The translations under genes were made by a program, and so were the position numbers. Positions 41,915-50,619 of a stretch of 64,000 nt of DNA are shown here, one piece after another. Under the pieces are notes generated by a model. The model was not told the origin of the DNA. It saw only the letters and a list, made by a program, of their open reading frames with translations, and ran no database searches. Source of the DNA: Candidatus Poribacteria bacterium. Lineage in GTDB: Bacteria > Poribacteria > WGA-4E > WGA-3G. The stretch is from assembly GCA_965198235.1 (NCBI GenBank), contig OZ240248.1:1248001-1312000 (forward strand), written 5' to 3'. The number at the start of each line of letters is the position of its first letter. Within the stretch, counting starts at the first letter, position 1.

Positions 41915-43153
41915 ATGAAATTAGGAGAGCGTCTTCGTCTCATTCGTAAAGAGAAAAAGTTGATCCTGAAGGATTTGGGTGAACTCGCGGATTTGTCTGT
42001 GCCTTATCTTTCGAGTATGGAGCGCGGTGTTGTTAATCCTTCTGTAGAAACCCTACAAAAGGTTGCCAAAGCTTATAATATGACAGTCCAAGACCTTTTT
42101 AGTGGTGTGGAAGAATTAGGAGAATTGATACATACTACGCATCCTACAGGATTTGAATCCTTTCTAAGGGACTTCGAGTCTAGTTATGGAATTATTAGTG
42201 ATGACTGGAAGGAATTGCTGCTGAAAATCAACTTTCGCGGCAGGCAGCCGTCCTCTCAAACGGAATGGCTTGAATTATATCTTTCTCTCAGACGAATTCT
42301 TTCACCTAAGGAGGAGAAGGTGAACAATCCGAAAAAGCATATTATCAAATTGGTTCAGGATACTGTCAGAGAATATAGTTCAACCCAGGTTCCTAATTTT
42401 GGCGAAATATGCACTGGCTTGGAATTAGATGTACAAGAAGCCTCGTTACCAGACGGGATAGACGGAATGCATAGAGGAAGGACAATTTTTATTAATTCCC
42501 GGATTAAGAATGAAGAGCGTAAGCGATTTACCCAATTTCATGAAGTCACGCATTATTTGATTGAGAAGGATGGAGATCTAATCTCTAATCTTCACGATAC
42601 TACTTGGAGCCAGGATGATGGATACGAAAGGCAGTTGGAACAACTTTGTAATATTGGTGCGGCTGAGTTTTTGATGCCTAGAAAGGTATTTGCGGGACTC
42701 TATAAAGAAAGGGAGTTTAATGTCGAACTGATACCATATGCTGCGCGTTACTTTGGGAGTTCGACAATAGCGACAACTATACAACTTGCTCAAGTTGCAC
42801 CAAATTCGTGCATTACTGCTGTTTGCGAATTAATACATAGCGATCCAGAATCGTCGCAAACTCGTTTTTCTAGCGCAAAGGATAGCTCCACCAAGCAAAA
42901 ATTGCATATAGCCTATTCTGCCTCGTCCCCCTCAACTGAATATTTGTTAGCAAAATGCACAGAAATTCCTGAAGACCACTTAATCAACCAAGCATTTTCG
43001 CAAACTCAACTAGTTGGAGGGGACAGTTACGTCCCTTTTCGGAGTGGCAAGAAAATGCCTTGTTACTGTGAAGCATTGGCAGATGGCGATAGGATTTATG
43101 TATTATTCCATTTGACACCTTCGCCAAATCCTAATCAAGGGACACTTTTTTGA
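41915..43153 (+). CDS. Fused XRE-HTH (CapH-like) and ImmA/IrrE metallopeptidase (CapP-like) regulator
   Basis: LGERLRLIR...LSVPYLS-x-x-ERG-x-x-NPS HTH; RFT-x-FHEVTH, E-x-LCN-x-GAAEFLMP; GGGGAGG before ATG 41915; divergent from CBASS. Confidence 0.8.
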   Translation: MKLGERLRLIRKEKKLILKDLGELADLSVPYLSSMERGVVNPSVETLQKVAKAYNMTVQDLFSGVEELGELIHTTHPTGFESFLRDFESSYGIISDDWKELLLKINFRGRQPSSQTEWLELYLSLRRILSPKEEKVNNPKKHIIKLVQDTVREYSSTQVPNFGEICTGLELDVQEASLPDGIDGMHRGRTIFINSRIKNEERKRFTQFHEVTHYLIEKDGDLISNLHDTTWSQDDGYERQLEQLCNIGAAEFLMPRKVFAGLYKEREFNVELIPYAARYFGSSTIATTIQLAQVAPNSCITAVCELIHSDPESSQTRFSSAKDSSTKQKLHIAYSASSPSTEYLLAKCTEIPEDHLINQAFSQTQLVGGDSYVPFRSGKKMPCYCEALADGDRIYVLFHLTPSPNPNQGTLF

Positions 43154-43259
43154 GATTTTCCGATTGATGATATTAACTTTAAAGCACTTGAGTCGTTACG
43201 CGTGGAGACAGAGTTTTAATTGCTCTGTATGTGTGAAATCATAGATTGTTTTTACTTGA

Positions 43260-46217
43260 TTAATCAAGATACCAACTCGGGAAAGGAATACCCTTCAGTT
43301 TAAGCTTCGCTAATTCCGCGTCAAGATTGCACTTGCACTTCTTCTCACCTTGGATGCTTGGTTCTGCACAGAGCATTTCACGCAGCGTCTGCATGGATGC
43401 AAGAATACCTACATCTTTGATACCAAGCACCTCCGTCAGAATATCTGTATCCAATTCGTGTCGGATAGGGTCGTGATCACATTCATTGACTGGCAGCATC
43501 CGCTTATACTTTAACCGTTCAAAGAGGGCTTCAGCGTTTGCTAGCTGCTGATTGGAGAGTCGGCGAACATCCAGCGTTGGCAGTGTTTTTAATGTCTGCT
43601 GACGCAGCGTTCCACGCCCCATATCCTGTTTACTGCTATGTAACCAGTGGCAGAAAAAGCCAAATGTTGAATTGCACCAGAGGGTCCACGCAATTTCATG
43701 CCGCAGGTCATTGAGTAAAACATTTATCATTGAACGTACGCCAATGGAGGGTTCCTCAGTGAAGGAAGAAAGCATGGAGTTTGAAGTGAATCTCATATTG
43801 ATGTGGTAATGGGTCTTACTGTTGCAGTCTAAAGCGCGATTAACGATCGCGTTCTCATTTGAACGGGGGATCGCTGTTGCATTTGGTTCAGCCATCATTG
43901 ACCGCTGCAAGGGTGCCTCAACTTTCCATAGCGCAGGGTAGCCATCACTGTTCCGTTCATATCCCTTTACTATGATAAATGGACCGTTCTTTTTTCTGTA
44001 CAAATCTGCTGAGCCAACTTGTGCTATGTGTTGCACTTGACAAATATCAAGAGGGATAGGTTCTCTTTCCATAGGCAGATGCAGTGCTCCGGCCTTGAGC
44101 TTGTGTGCACTCTGTAGCAATGCCATTGATCGTGCCCGTGTTGCAACCCACGCAACACCATCTTTGATGGGACAGTCTAGTATCTGGCCACTCTTCGTGT
44201 TGCCAACGCTGATAATATTTCCTCCATTAGGGGCATCTTCGAGTTTTCGCGTGCCACTGCTCCGAGATATCCGATTTGCGATTTCCATTGCTTCAAGTGG
44301 TTTCTTGGGCCTCTGATTTAAGCAGACAAACGTGCCGCGTCCAGTATTTTCTCCTACGCCCTTTGTCGCAACGACGATGCATTCCGCCTTTTTTGTGTCT
44401 GCAGAGAATGCACAATCTGCAGCCTCTGCTTGTGCCATAGTTATCACAATAACATCGTGATATTCAGTTGCCCACATATCTCTAATTTTCTGTGTGATAG
44501 GTGATCTTAATACTGTCAACAGTAGAATGAAACCCATCGTCCCCCCATGCTTAAGTTTCTTGTCCGAGAGGTCAACAAAATTCGGAGCAAAGTCAGCAAT
44601 TCCATCGGATACTCTTCTATCTTTAAGTTTCAGTGCTGCCTGCATCATTTTCTGCTCTTCCTCAGAGCGGTCGCTACCTTGGAATGTAGATTTCGGTACA
44701 TCAGTGTTGCTATCTGATCCCCCTCTGGTAAACGGGGGATTTTGTATAACAATATCAAACTCAAAGTGTTGAAAAACTTGTTGGAATTTAACTACTGTGT
44801 TCTCTTTGCCGCCGATCTGTTCAGCATCCGTATCAAATAGTTTCACGTCGTCAAGCAATTCGAGGGAACCTATCGCATAACTACCGTCCTGCATAAGTCC
44901 ATAAGGTGCAGTCAGAATGCGGGTATCCGCTAGTTTGATATCCGCATACGTGCTGGCGAGAGCAGCTGCTGTCAAGTGTGTGGCATTCGGCATGACATCT
45001 GCACCGCCAATATTTTCCTTAAGCATCTTCTGGTGGATGTCCCTTCCGTTTCCACCTTGCTGTTCATATAGGGATAAAATGCGTTGGTATACGCCGTTGA
45101 GGAGTGCCCCAGTTCCACAAGCAAAATCCGCTACTTTCGGGAGTTTACCCTTAGGCAATTCAGGCATTACAAGGGTTGACAACAACGTCGCGCTTTCTGG
45201 CAGCGTATAGTTTGCCTTAACATATTTTCTATCGGTGATTAACTTTTGAAACACTATGCCCGCAAGTTCGTGGATTTGCGCGATACCGGTGTCAACGAGG
45301 TCTTTAGCTGCCTTGCACAGCAACTTTAAGATATGTTTAACCAGTTTGTCGTCTGTCGCAAGTGCCTTAACGAGTTCACGGGCATCCTCAAAGATAGGGC
45401 GGTAGTTGACTTTAAGAATAGTGTTCCAGTCTTCTATAACATCGGAATAGTCAATCGTAGAAAGGAGTTGACGGAGTGAACGGACAGATGTCATTTCTGC
45501 CTTGCCCGCGAGCGAACTCTGGAAAACGAAGGCATCGGTGATAATCAGTGCCGCCATGCGGAGGGTTTGTGTATTGAGTTTTTCTTTTTCGTCATTTTCA
45601 TCTTTAGAGAAAACCTCTTGGTGTAGGATTGACTCGATTTTCGTCCCGATGGCACGGTGATCAGTAATAGCGTTTTCAAGTAGATGGGCTGCCCTGTTGA
45701 TATTAAGTTCCATGTCCTCCGCTGCTTGTTCCAACTGTGAGTTGGGTATTGCACCGACGTGTAACGCATTGGCAATGTCTCCCACTGTGCCAGTTGTCCA
45801 CCCGTTTTCTGGGAAGTGTCCGACGGTATCCCCGAGAGTACTGACGAGTTTGTACTGTAAGTCATCCGCCTCATGGAGTTGTGGAGTAATGTCCCGTCCT
45901 GACATTCTCTTAAAACGATCAGGATATAGGATTGCCATGACATTGTTGAGGGTTTTCGCTGAGATATAGTATTCTGCTTCAAGTTCATAGACGAGTCTTG
46001 TTTCGGCTTGTTTGATAAGGTTTTTAGCATTGGTGGTAGTAGCGAATTTGGCTTCTATACCAATGGCTTCTCTACCGCGTTCAATCACGAGGGCATCAAG
46101 TTCGCTGTTGCCTTTGATGAAGGCATGAACAGCCGTTTCGACTTCCCATCCGTGGCGCATGTTTCGTAGGATATTAACCAAGTGATTTGTAATTGTCGTT
46201 TCGTGTTGATTCGGCAT
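43260..46217 (-). CDS. Type IIG-like fused restriction endonuclease / N6-adenine methyltransferase
   Basis: N-terminal D...IEAK nuclease-like motif, NYT-x-P, DFACGTG (motif I), NPPF (motif IV), C-terminal TRD-like region. Confidence 0.75.
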   Translation of the reverse strand: MPNQHETTITNHLVNILRNMRHGWEVETAVHAFIKGNSELDALVIERGREAIGIEAKFATTTNAKNLIKQAETRLVYELEAEYYISAKTLNNVMAILYPDRFKRMSGRDITPQLHEADDLQYKLVSTLGDTVGHFPENGWTTGTVGDIANALHVGAIPNSQLEQAAEDMELNINRAAHLLENAITDHRAIGTKIESILHQEVFSKDENDEKEKLNTQTLRMAALIITDAFVFQSSLAGKAEMTSVRSLRQLLSTIDYSDVIEDWNTILKVNYRPIFEDARELVKALATDDKLVKHILKLLCKAAKDLVDTGIAQIHELAGIVFQKLITDRKYVKANYTLPESATLLSTLVMPELPKGKLPKVADFACGTGALLNGVYQRILSLYEQQGGNGRDIHQKMLKENIGGADVMPNATHLTAAALASTYADIKLADTRILTAPYGLMQDGSYAIGSLELLDDVKLFDTDAEQIGGKENTVVKFQQVFQHFEFDIVIQNPPFTRGGSDSNTDVPKSTFQGSDRSEEEQKMMQAALKLKDRRVSDGIADFAPNFVDLSDKKLKHGGTMGFILLLTVLRSPITQKIRDMWATEYHDVIVITMAQAEAADCAFSADTKKAECIVVATKGVGENTGRGTFVCLNQRPKKPLEAMEIANRISRSSGTRKLEDAPNGGNIISVGNTKSGQILDCPIKDGVAWVATRARSMALLQSAHKLKAGALHLPMEREPIPLDICQVQHIAQVGSADLYRKKNGPFIIVKGYERNSDGYPALWKVEAPLQRSMMAEPNATAIPRSNENAIVNRALDCNSKTHYHINMRFTSNSMLSSFTEEPSIGVRSMINVLLNDLRHEIAWTLWCNSTFGFFCHWLHSSKQDMGRGTLRQQTLKTLPTLDVRRLSNQQLANAEALFERLKYKRMLPVNECDHDPIRHELDTDILTEVLGIKDVGILASMQTLREMLCAEPSIQGEKKCKCNLDAELAKLKLKGIPFPSWYLD

Positions 46218-46396
46218 AATGTTCCCTTAGAATTGCTTTCAATGATGTGTGAATCTAGTGAAGTTACGGGAAAGCACCTGCCAGGTGTGGTGGCGATGCA
46301 TTTCTATAGAAATGCCATCCGTACGGGGCTGAAAAATTAACCTTGCAACTGGGCGATGTTACAAATCCTGCCAGTTGGAAAAGGACATTTGTAATG

Positions 46397-46786
46397 CTAC
46401 CAAATTTTCACAAGGGTAGCAACGATTTGCAAAACCTGAACAACGGTTTCATCTGGCATATCCCCTGCGTGCCGCGCGCGTCTTTCCCACCAATCAAGGC
46501 TTTTGATATGATCTGCTTGGATGACTCCGTCAAGTTCAATAATTCTGGTAAGGTCCTTGCTACGGATTTCTACTCCTGGTGGGATCGGAACATCAAGATC
46601 TGCGCGGTAGGGTTTCCGGCTGGTCGTGATTGGACACATAATTGCCAACCACAGTCTGCGATTATAGATTTCTTCAGAGAGTACAAGAGCCGGACGCTCT
46701 TTTGCTTGCTCATGTCCAGCGTGGGGCTCAAAGTCAATCCACACAATATCACCGTGTCGTGGAACATACATAGTGGCGTTTACCAA
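46397..46786 (-). CDS. mazF: MazF/PemK endoribonuclease toxin
   Basis: YVP-x-x-GDIVWIDFEP-x-AGHEQA-x-x-RPALVLS, CPITT, ADH-x-KSLDW-x-x-R. Confidence 0.88.
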   Translation of the reverse strand: MVNATMYVPRHGDIVWIDFEPHAGHEQAKERPALVLSEEIYNRRLWLAIMCPITTSRKPYRADLDVPIPPGVEIRSKDLTRIIELDGVIQADHIKSLDWWERRARHAGDMPDETVVQVLQIVATLVKIW

Positions 46787-47019
46787 ACCTCCCTGCCCAC
46801 TGGCGGTCCGGTGTCTGTCTCTTCTGAAAGGCCGGGTTTTCGGACTTCAACTTTAGGTTCCGGTACCTTGGCTAAAAGTTCTTCTATTGTATAATTCGGA
46901 CGCGGTATAGGTCTACGCCTTTCTTGGTTACAAGGTGTTATCTCAACCTTCTTACCACGCAATTTAGATTCTGGAGTTTTGGCAGAGAATTTCTCGGGCG
47001 TACAGTCTGTTTTTTTCAC
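46780..47019 (-). CDS. MazE-like antitoxin with atypical or degenerate N-terminus
   Basis: C-terminal YT-x-EELL...DTGPPVGREVW, overlaps the toxin start; AAGGAG before GTG 47019; no clear AbrB N-terminus. Confidence 0.6.
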   Translation of the reverse strand: MKKTDCTPEKFSAKTPESKLRGKKVEITPCNQERRRPIPRPNYTIEELLAKVPEPKVEVRKPGLSEETDTGPPVGREVW

Positions 47020-47063
47020 AAGGTGGCTCCTTAACGATCGAAATGAACAAAACACTTGAGTAA

Positions 47064-47627
47064 TTATAATTTGAATGTTGTATATTCGTCTGCTTCAACA
47101 CCCATCAACTCCCGGTAGGTTTCAAGTGGAATGAATGGCGTTTCGCCTTCTTGTCGATCCGCATCAAAGTAGTCGAAACAGACTTCCCATAAAACGAGGG
47201 CGTATTTACTGGTGAACTGGTTTTGCAGCCGTAGGTTCAACTTGGCGTAGACGCGCGGGTTGTGAAGTCTCAGCCGCAATGTGTGTGGGAACTGATAGAA
47301 GCAGATACCATCGTGAATACGAACCTCTGCTAAGAGATGCGCTACACCCCACTCTTGCTTTTTGTCTTTGCCGAGAATGTTCCATTTCACTTTGAAATCA
47401 GCAATAGATTCTAATATCTCTTTTAGGTAGTCATCGTTCTTGCTATCGAAACCAAGCTTCGCTGTCAATTCAACCATACTCACGCGATGGATTTCTTTAT
47501 CTGGAAGTTCCTTGTAGGCGTTGGCGAGCAGGACGTTCCATGCCCGGCGTTGTAGGAGCGACATCTTGCTCTGGACATGAATCGCCGGACTTGCTTTGAT
47601 AACATCACTAATTTCTGTTAAATTCAT
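47064..47627 (-). pseudogene. Truncated Rep_3 (RepB) plasmid replication initiator
   Basis: LLQRRAWNVLL-x-NAY, L-x-NP-x-x-YA, F-x-SKYAL-x-L-x-E, R-x-LMGV...Y-x-x-FK then stop at 187 aa, inside the second winged helix. Confidence 0.75.
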
Positions 47628-47690
47628 GAGATATACCCCCTTTTAGTATAGTCTGTCATAAAGGAAAAGACTTGTCAAGACTAAATTATA

Positions 47691-47802
47691 CCTTTAACCC
47701 CATAAACCTATGCCTTTAACCCCAAAAAACTGTACTTTCTTTCAGCTATAGTCAGGAATCTACAAGCGTTACTGCCTTTTCCCCATAAACCTATGCCTTT
47801 AA
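47691..47802. repeat. Iteron-like direct repeats of about 22 bp upstream of rep
   Basis: CCTTTAACCCCATAAACCTATG (47691), CCTTTAACCCCAAAAAACTGTA (47713), CCTTTTCCCCATAAACCTATG (47775), partial CCTTTAA (47796). Confidence 0.7.
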
Positions 47803-47872
47803 GTCCGGAAACGTAGGCGTGGCGTGGGTTAGTGGCACCTTTAAAACATTTAAAAGTATATATTAAAATAGT

Positions 47873-48964
47873 TAGGACTTACGCAATAATGTTTGACATA
47901 GACTCCGCAAAACACTAATATGGTGTTTGAGGAGGTAAATAAAGATGGTTAGCCCCACACGTCTGGATTACTGTCAGTATCTACTCAGCACGCCTATTCA
48001 CTATACGTTGACTCATTTCGCAGACCCCTGTGAGAGATTTAGTCATGATCAGATAAACCGTTATCTCGCAGGTGACCGTCTCAGACCGCGCACCATCTGG
48101 GAACATGTCAAATCTGATGTCGTGCAAACCGTCGATGGATATATCATTTTTGATGACACCGTCTTAGACAAACGGTATGCCAAAGAGATAGCACTTGCGC
48201 AGAAACAATATAGTGGCAACGCGGGTGGCATCATAAATGGTATAGGCATTGTCACGTGCGTCTACGTCAATCCAGTGTTAGACCGGTATTGGCTAATTGA
48301 TTACCGTATCTACGATAAACAAGGCGATGGTAAATCAAAGTTGGATCCTGTTCGAGAGATGCTCTCAGTCTTGGTAAACTCGCGTAAAGTTGCTTTCTCG
48401 ACGGTGTTGATGGACTCGTGGTATGCCAGCAAATCGCTGCTGCTCTACATTGAAAGTCTTGATAAGACGTATTATGTTCCGTTGAAATCCAATCGTCTTG
48501 TTGACGATTCTAAGGGCAGCAAGCCCTATCAACGCATTGATACTTTACACTGGACAGATGCTGAACAGCAATCGGGTAAACGCGTCAAACTCCATAAGTT
48601 TCCGAAGCATCAGAAGGTGAAAGTCTTCCGGGTAGCGTCTTCTCGACGCACGGATTATATTGCCACCAACGACTTGAGTCAATCCGATGTGTCCGTCGTC
48701 CGACAGGTGTGCGATGTCCGCTGGAAGATTGAACAACTTCACCGTGAATCGAAACAGTTGACAGGACTTGAAAAATGCCAATGTCGTCTCCCCCGTATTG
48801 TTCGCAATCACATCGCATCTACGTTTCTCGTTTGGGTTCATCTGATGCGTCAGGCTTATGAAAAAGGTCAAACGCTTTATCAGGTCAAACATGGAATGCT
48901 CTCTGAATATCTCTGTCAACAACTTAAATCACCTATGCTAAAAATTGGGAATGCGTAAGTCCTA
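47873..48964 (+). mobile_element. IS701-family insertion sequence
   Basis: TIRs TAGGACTTACGCA / TGCGTAAGTCCTA around the transposase; no obvious TSD. Confidence 0.85.
47945..48958 (+). CDS. IS701 (DDE_5) transposase
   Basis: SHD-x-INR, DDTVLDK, DYRIYD, VLMDSWY, RWKIEQ-x-HRE-x-KQ. Confidence 0.88.
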   Translation: MVSPTRLDYCQYLLSTPIHYTLTHFADPCERFSHDQINRYLAGDRLRPRTIWEHVKSDVVQTVDGYIIFDDTVLDKRYAKEIALAQKQYSGNAGGIINGIGIVTCVYVNPVLDRYWLIDYRIYDKQGDGKSKLDPVREMLSVLVNSRKVAFSTVLMDSWYASKSLLLYIESLDKTYYVPLKSNRLVDDSKGSKPYQRIDTLHWTDAEQQSGKRVKLHKFPKHQKVKVFRVASSRRTDYIATNDLSQSDVSVVRQVCDVRWKIEQLHRESKQLTGLEKCQCRLPRIVRNHIASTFLVWVHLMRQAYEKGQTLYQVKHGMLSEYLCQQLKSPMLKIGNA

Positions 48965-49340
48965 AAAATGCACTTTTTTTCAGAAAAATCGGTGAAATTC
49001 GTCATTTTAACGCAAAAAAGTTGCATTTTTAATTTGACATTTGCTTGGAAATGTGGTACCATAGATATAATGGAAGGCTATATAATGGAAAGCGGAGGGC
49101 AACCCGCAATGTATAGAAGCCATCAACGATTAACCTTGAAAGCCTCGTCCAAGCGGCGCAACGCGTTAGACGGGCCACCTGCCCCACATACAAAAGCAAA
49201 CGCGGGCAGATTTATCAGGCAACCGCGAAGGTCTATTTTAATTATACTGCATACCGACGCGGTTGTCAAGAGGACGAAGATGACGAATTTGGTTTTGATG
49301 ACTTGACACTTCTCTCTCAGAAAGTAAGGAGAAACTATCG

Positions 49341-50153
49341 ATGATACGAGTATTGGTGATAAAGGTCATAGCTTGCGCATGTCTAGCTTCTGCGTTCCCT
49401 GTACTAAGCGCAGCTGAAGTTAGCGTAGATGACGCAATCGGGATATGGCTCTTTGACGAAGGTAAAGGAAATGTAGCTAAAGATTCCTCACCCAATGGCA
49501 ATGACGGCGAGCTCATAGCCGGACCCAAATGGGTTGAAGGTAAGTTCGGCGGTGCTCTGGAATTTGATGGCAGCGGGACCTCGGTCGAGACGGAAAGTGC
49601 TGACAAACTGAAAGAGTTTGAACTCGGCGATAAGACCGACTTTACGGCTACCGCTTGGTTTAAAACGGATACGGGCACGGGGTTCGTAATGAGTAAAACA
49701 AGGCTGGCTGGAGACTGGACTGGGTTTGAAGTCAAGTTCAGTGGCGGAGGACAAATCAGGACCTGACTGCAGACTGAACCTGTCACAGTTTGTGACAACA
49801 GAGGCGCGGGTCTTGACGACGGGAAGTGGCATCATCTTGCGGTGGTTTTTAGCAGAACAAAGGGTGAGCGATATATCTACGTCGATGGAGAACAGCAGGG
49901 AAACCCTATTGACCATCGCGCGGTCAAAGGTAGCATTGATCACGAGAACGGCTTTGCAATCGGAGTCAGCATGGGGGATCACAGAGGCGGTTCATTTTTC
50001 AACGGTGTCATTGACCAGGTCGCCCTTTTCAAAGGTGAGCTGGATAAAGACGATATCGAGACGGTCATGAATAATATGGAGGAATTTCTCCCAGTTTCTC
50101 CATTGGGGCACCTCACTACCACATGGGGTAAGGTTAAGCAGGCTTCCCAATAG
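49341..50153 (+). CDS. Secreted LamG-like jelly-roll protein with in-frame TGA (49764-49766): candidate selenoprotein, otherwise a nonsense pseudogene
   Basis: Signal peptide, W-x-FDEGKG, GKFGGALEFDG, then IRT-TGA-LQTEPVTVC...DGKWHHLA, YVDG, F-x-G-x-ID, VSPLGHLTTTWGKVK, all in one frame. Confidence 0.75.
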
Positions 50154-50619
50154 ACACTCCCTTTCATACAACTTATGGCGCAAACGGCAGATTAGATGCT
50201 CCGCGAAGCGCATAAGCCGAGTTTTTGGAAGTGAGAAAGCGGAGGTTTCACCGCTTTCTCACTTCGCGTTATTGGCGGATTGATGATTTTTTCGTCTTTT
50301 GAAAAGTGTCAACCTAATTTTCGCGGGAAATGAACCATCCCCATATTTGTATATTTGCATATTCCTCTGACTTTTCCCCACTCACATATTCCATCTCCCA
50401 TAAAAGCGCAATTTCGTGTGGTGCTGGGTATAATCAAGGCTTCAGTATTATACATAAAACGCATTCCCTTCCACCCGGTTTAACTTCACATTCTCCCTCT
50501 TCGCCTCTGAGCTTTAGTGTTTTGATGTAATCCCGCGCTGCATTTCCTTTTCTGGTTGGCATCCTTTTCCCTGATCCATTCTTCTGATAGCCCACGAAAG
50601 GCATGGATAGGACACTGCA

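Noticed and set aside
47691-47802. 22-bp repeats as a mini-CRISPR
   Set aside because: Units are directly adjacent and lie upstream of a rep gene; iterons fit better.
48968-49306. 112-aa ORF or riboswitch upstream of the LamG gene
   Set aside because: No recognisable protein motif; it overlaps a promoter-like TTGACA region and I could not match a riboswitch consensus.
49764-49842. Frameshift splitting the LamG gene
   Set aside because: The two parts are in the same frame (75 nt apart); the only interruption is one TGA.
50160-50275. 15-bp perfect hairpin GAAGTGAGAAAGCGG/CCGCTTTCTCACTTC followed by GTTATTG as an integron attC site
   Set aside because: The R and L boxes and extrahelical bases cannot be assigned convincingly and there is no integrase; a terminator or repeat is equally likely.
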